DNA from: a virus
Lineage: Duplodnaviria > Caudoviricetes
Reading direction: 5' to 3' (one strand)
DNA length: 35,564 nucleotides
IMG/VR virus record: IMGVR_UViG_3300037558_000833
Location: 1-35,564 of that record
A program made the translations under genes and the position numbers. Under the pieces are notes generated by a model. That model saw only the letters and a list, made by a program, of their open reading frames with translations. It made no database searches and was not told the DNA's origin. Position 1 is the first letter of the stretch; every line of letters begins with the position of its first letter. This document shows, piece after piece, positions 34,348-35,564 of this stretch.

Positions 34348-34440
34348 GCCATGCTCAAAATGTAGAGTTGTCCCTGTTGGGGCTCTGGCAGGTGCGATGA
34401 AACGGGTCTGACGATTGTCCGAACCGCAACCTCACATGGC
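34348..34440 (-). ncRNA. Candidate structured cis-regulatory RNA leader of the capsid gene
   Basis: Closing stem GCCAUG/CAUGGC. Two hairpins share an ACAA/C internal loop. Confidence 0.5.
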
Positions 34441-34449
34441 GGATAGAAC

Positions 34450-34626
34450 CTAGCGTTTGCGGCCAGGCGGTGATTTTTGTCCGGGTAATTCCGGTTCTTC
34501 TGATATAACCCACAGATAATAGGTGTTTGCAAGTGGGATCGGATCACTGACGTCAACAGGTGTCCCATTTTCTACAGCAAGCCGTAAGCATTCCATGCGG
34601 AGCTCACGCTTGTCTTCTAATGTCAT
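34450..34626 (-). CDS. Small conserved head-region protein (58 aa)
   Basis: Read directly, not in track: MTLEDKRELRMECLRLAVENGTPVDVSDPIPLANTYYLWVISEE... ATGA overlap with the scaffold stop. Confidence 0.75.
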   Translation of the reverse strand: MTLEDKRELRMECLRLAVENGTPVDVSDPIPLANTYYLWVISEEPELPGQKSPPGRKR

Positions 34627-35465
34627 GTCAGTAATTCCCGCAAGCGTAAGGCTTCTTGGACATACTTGTCGTGGTCCCTGTGCATGCCATCCCAGTAAGG
34701 GCCGTCTGGGGCCATCAGTTCAGACAAGCGGCTTTCTACATCGACTCTGCCACCGTTGCCAGAAGTACCGACATCATTCTGCAGCAAGCCGTCTTCAGCC
34801 ATCAGTTGGCCAACCTTGTTCATCATTTTAACAAGCCCAGGATGGTTACCAATGCCTGTTTCTTCAACCAGTTTTAGAGTCTCAGAATCTGCTAACTGCA
34901 AAAAAGCACGGCGTGCTACATCGGTGTTCGCCGCATAGTCGCGACCCCATTCCCGTTGTAAATCCTGAACATAATTCTGTTGCTGAAACTGCCAGGCGTC
35001 TTTGTCTGCAGACGTATTTGATTCTTGGCTCTTTGAATACCAATCATAAATTGACCGTACTTGATTCTTTGAAAGACCTTGCTTATGGGCTTCTTGCAGG
35101 AACCCTTGGGTTGTCTCATCTTGCGCGTTGATTTCGTAACCGCTGACTTCGGCAGGGCGGCCAAGACGTTCGTAGACTTCACCCCATCCGCTGTCATCAC
35201 TTGACGATGGGAGCCTGACAAGTTGCTCTGGTGGGACGCCCAGACGCTTGACTAAATGAACATAACTCTTTGCAAGATTACCTACGTTGTCAAAGGATCT
35301 AAGACTTGGCTCACTTGCCAGGTCATCAGGTAGACTTGTAGGATCAAAAGCCAGGCTGTTGACGCTTGCGCCTTCAGGGGCTAACCCTGTCTGGCTTGGT
35401 GCAATCGGGGTTTCAGATGGCAGCGACTCGTTCGTCGCTGGTGCTTCTTGGATCGTAGCTTCCAT
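34623..35465 (-). CDS. Capsid scaffolding/assembly protein
   Basis: Acidic. LAKSY, Y..LGRP, L..EWG..Y, G.GNHP motifs. Upstream of the capsid gene. Confidence 0.88.
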   Translation of the reverse strand: MEATIQEAPATNESLPSETPIAPSQTGLAPEGASVNSLAFDPTSLPDDLASEPSLRSFDNVGNLAKSYVHLVKRLGVPPEQLVRLPSSSDDSGWGEVYERLGRPAEVSGYEINAQDETTQGFLQEAHKQGLSKNQVRSIYDWYSKSQESNTSADKDAWQFQQQNYVQDLQREWGRDYAANTDVARRAFLQLADSETLKLVEETGIGNHPGLVKMMNKVGQLMAEDGLLQNDVGTSGNGGRVDVESRLSELMAPDGPYWDGMHRDHDKYVQEALRLRELLT

Positions 35466-35564
35466 AGGGCTGGGATAAAAGGTTTTCTAATTGTTCCTGG
35501 TCAGTCTTCAGATATCGCAAAATATCAACAATGACAGAACGACGGCCATCATTATAAGCTGTAC
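35413..35564 (-). CDS. 3' fragment of Bbp19-like protein (...TAYNDGRRSVIVDILRYL...)
   Basis: TA.N(E/D)G.RSV...I motif of the gene that lies between portal and scaffold. Open at the window edge. Confidence 0.7.
   Translation of the reverse strand, partial: TAYNDGRRSVIVDILRYLKTDQEQLENLLSQPYGSYDPRSTSDERVAAI

Larger units (their letters stand above)
1..35564. mobile_element. Near-complete temperate podovirus genome (non-integrated form, attP intact)
   Basis: Complete packaging, head, tail, lysis, integration, immunity and replication modules. The two window ends fall in the same conserved portal-scaffold intervening gene. No host genes. Confidence 0.93.

Noticed and set aside
34341-34568. 75-aa minus-strand ORF from the track
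   Set aside because: The coupled 58-aa ORF (34450-34626) in another frame has a recognisable motif, and the rest is better explained as a structured leader.
19971-35478. Numerous + strand ORFs antisense to structural genes
   Set aside because: Typical antisense shadows with S/A/C-biased composition and no RBS or motifs.

Overview
The window is almost the whole genome (circularly permuted, with a small gap inside one gene) of a temperate podovirus. It carries a T7/BPP-1/HTVC010P-type virion module on the minus strand: terS, terL, portal, scaffold, capsid, decoration, tail tube A/B, four internal (ejection) proteins, tail fibres and lysis genes. It also has a lambdoid lifestyle module: cI/cro-like switch, tyrosine integrase with an intact attP matching the 3' half of a tRNA(CAT), O-like initiator with internal iterons, helicase-loader-like gene, gp32-like SSB and RusA. 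No DNA or RNA polymerase is visible. Most notable signals: (1) an oppositely oriented cassette of small acidic genes with paired operators, closed by an unannotated Aca2-like HTH gene (candidate anti-defence operon); (2) a one-orientation cluster of an 11-mer GTGRCGTTGCG between that cassette and ori; (3) an ADP-ribosyltransferase-like (ART-PolyVal) domain inside an ejection protein; (4) a five-zinc-finger protein ending in a SutA-like motif; (5) two large repeat-rich putative ejection proteins flanking a GNAT-like gene; (6) several structured intergenic RNA candidates and a C12 tract in front of the integrase. Seven small genes or gene fragments missing from the ORF track were read directly. 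All family calls rest on motif recognition by eye, not on database searches.
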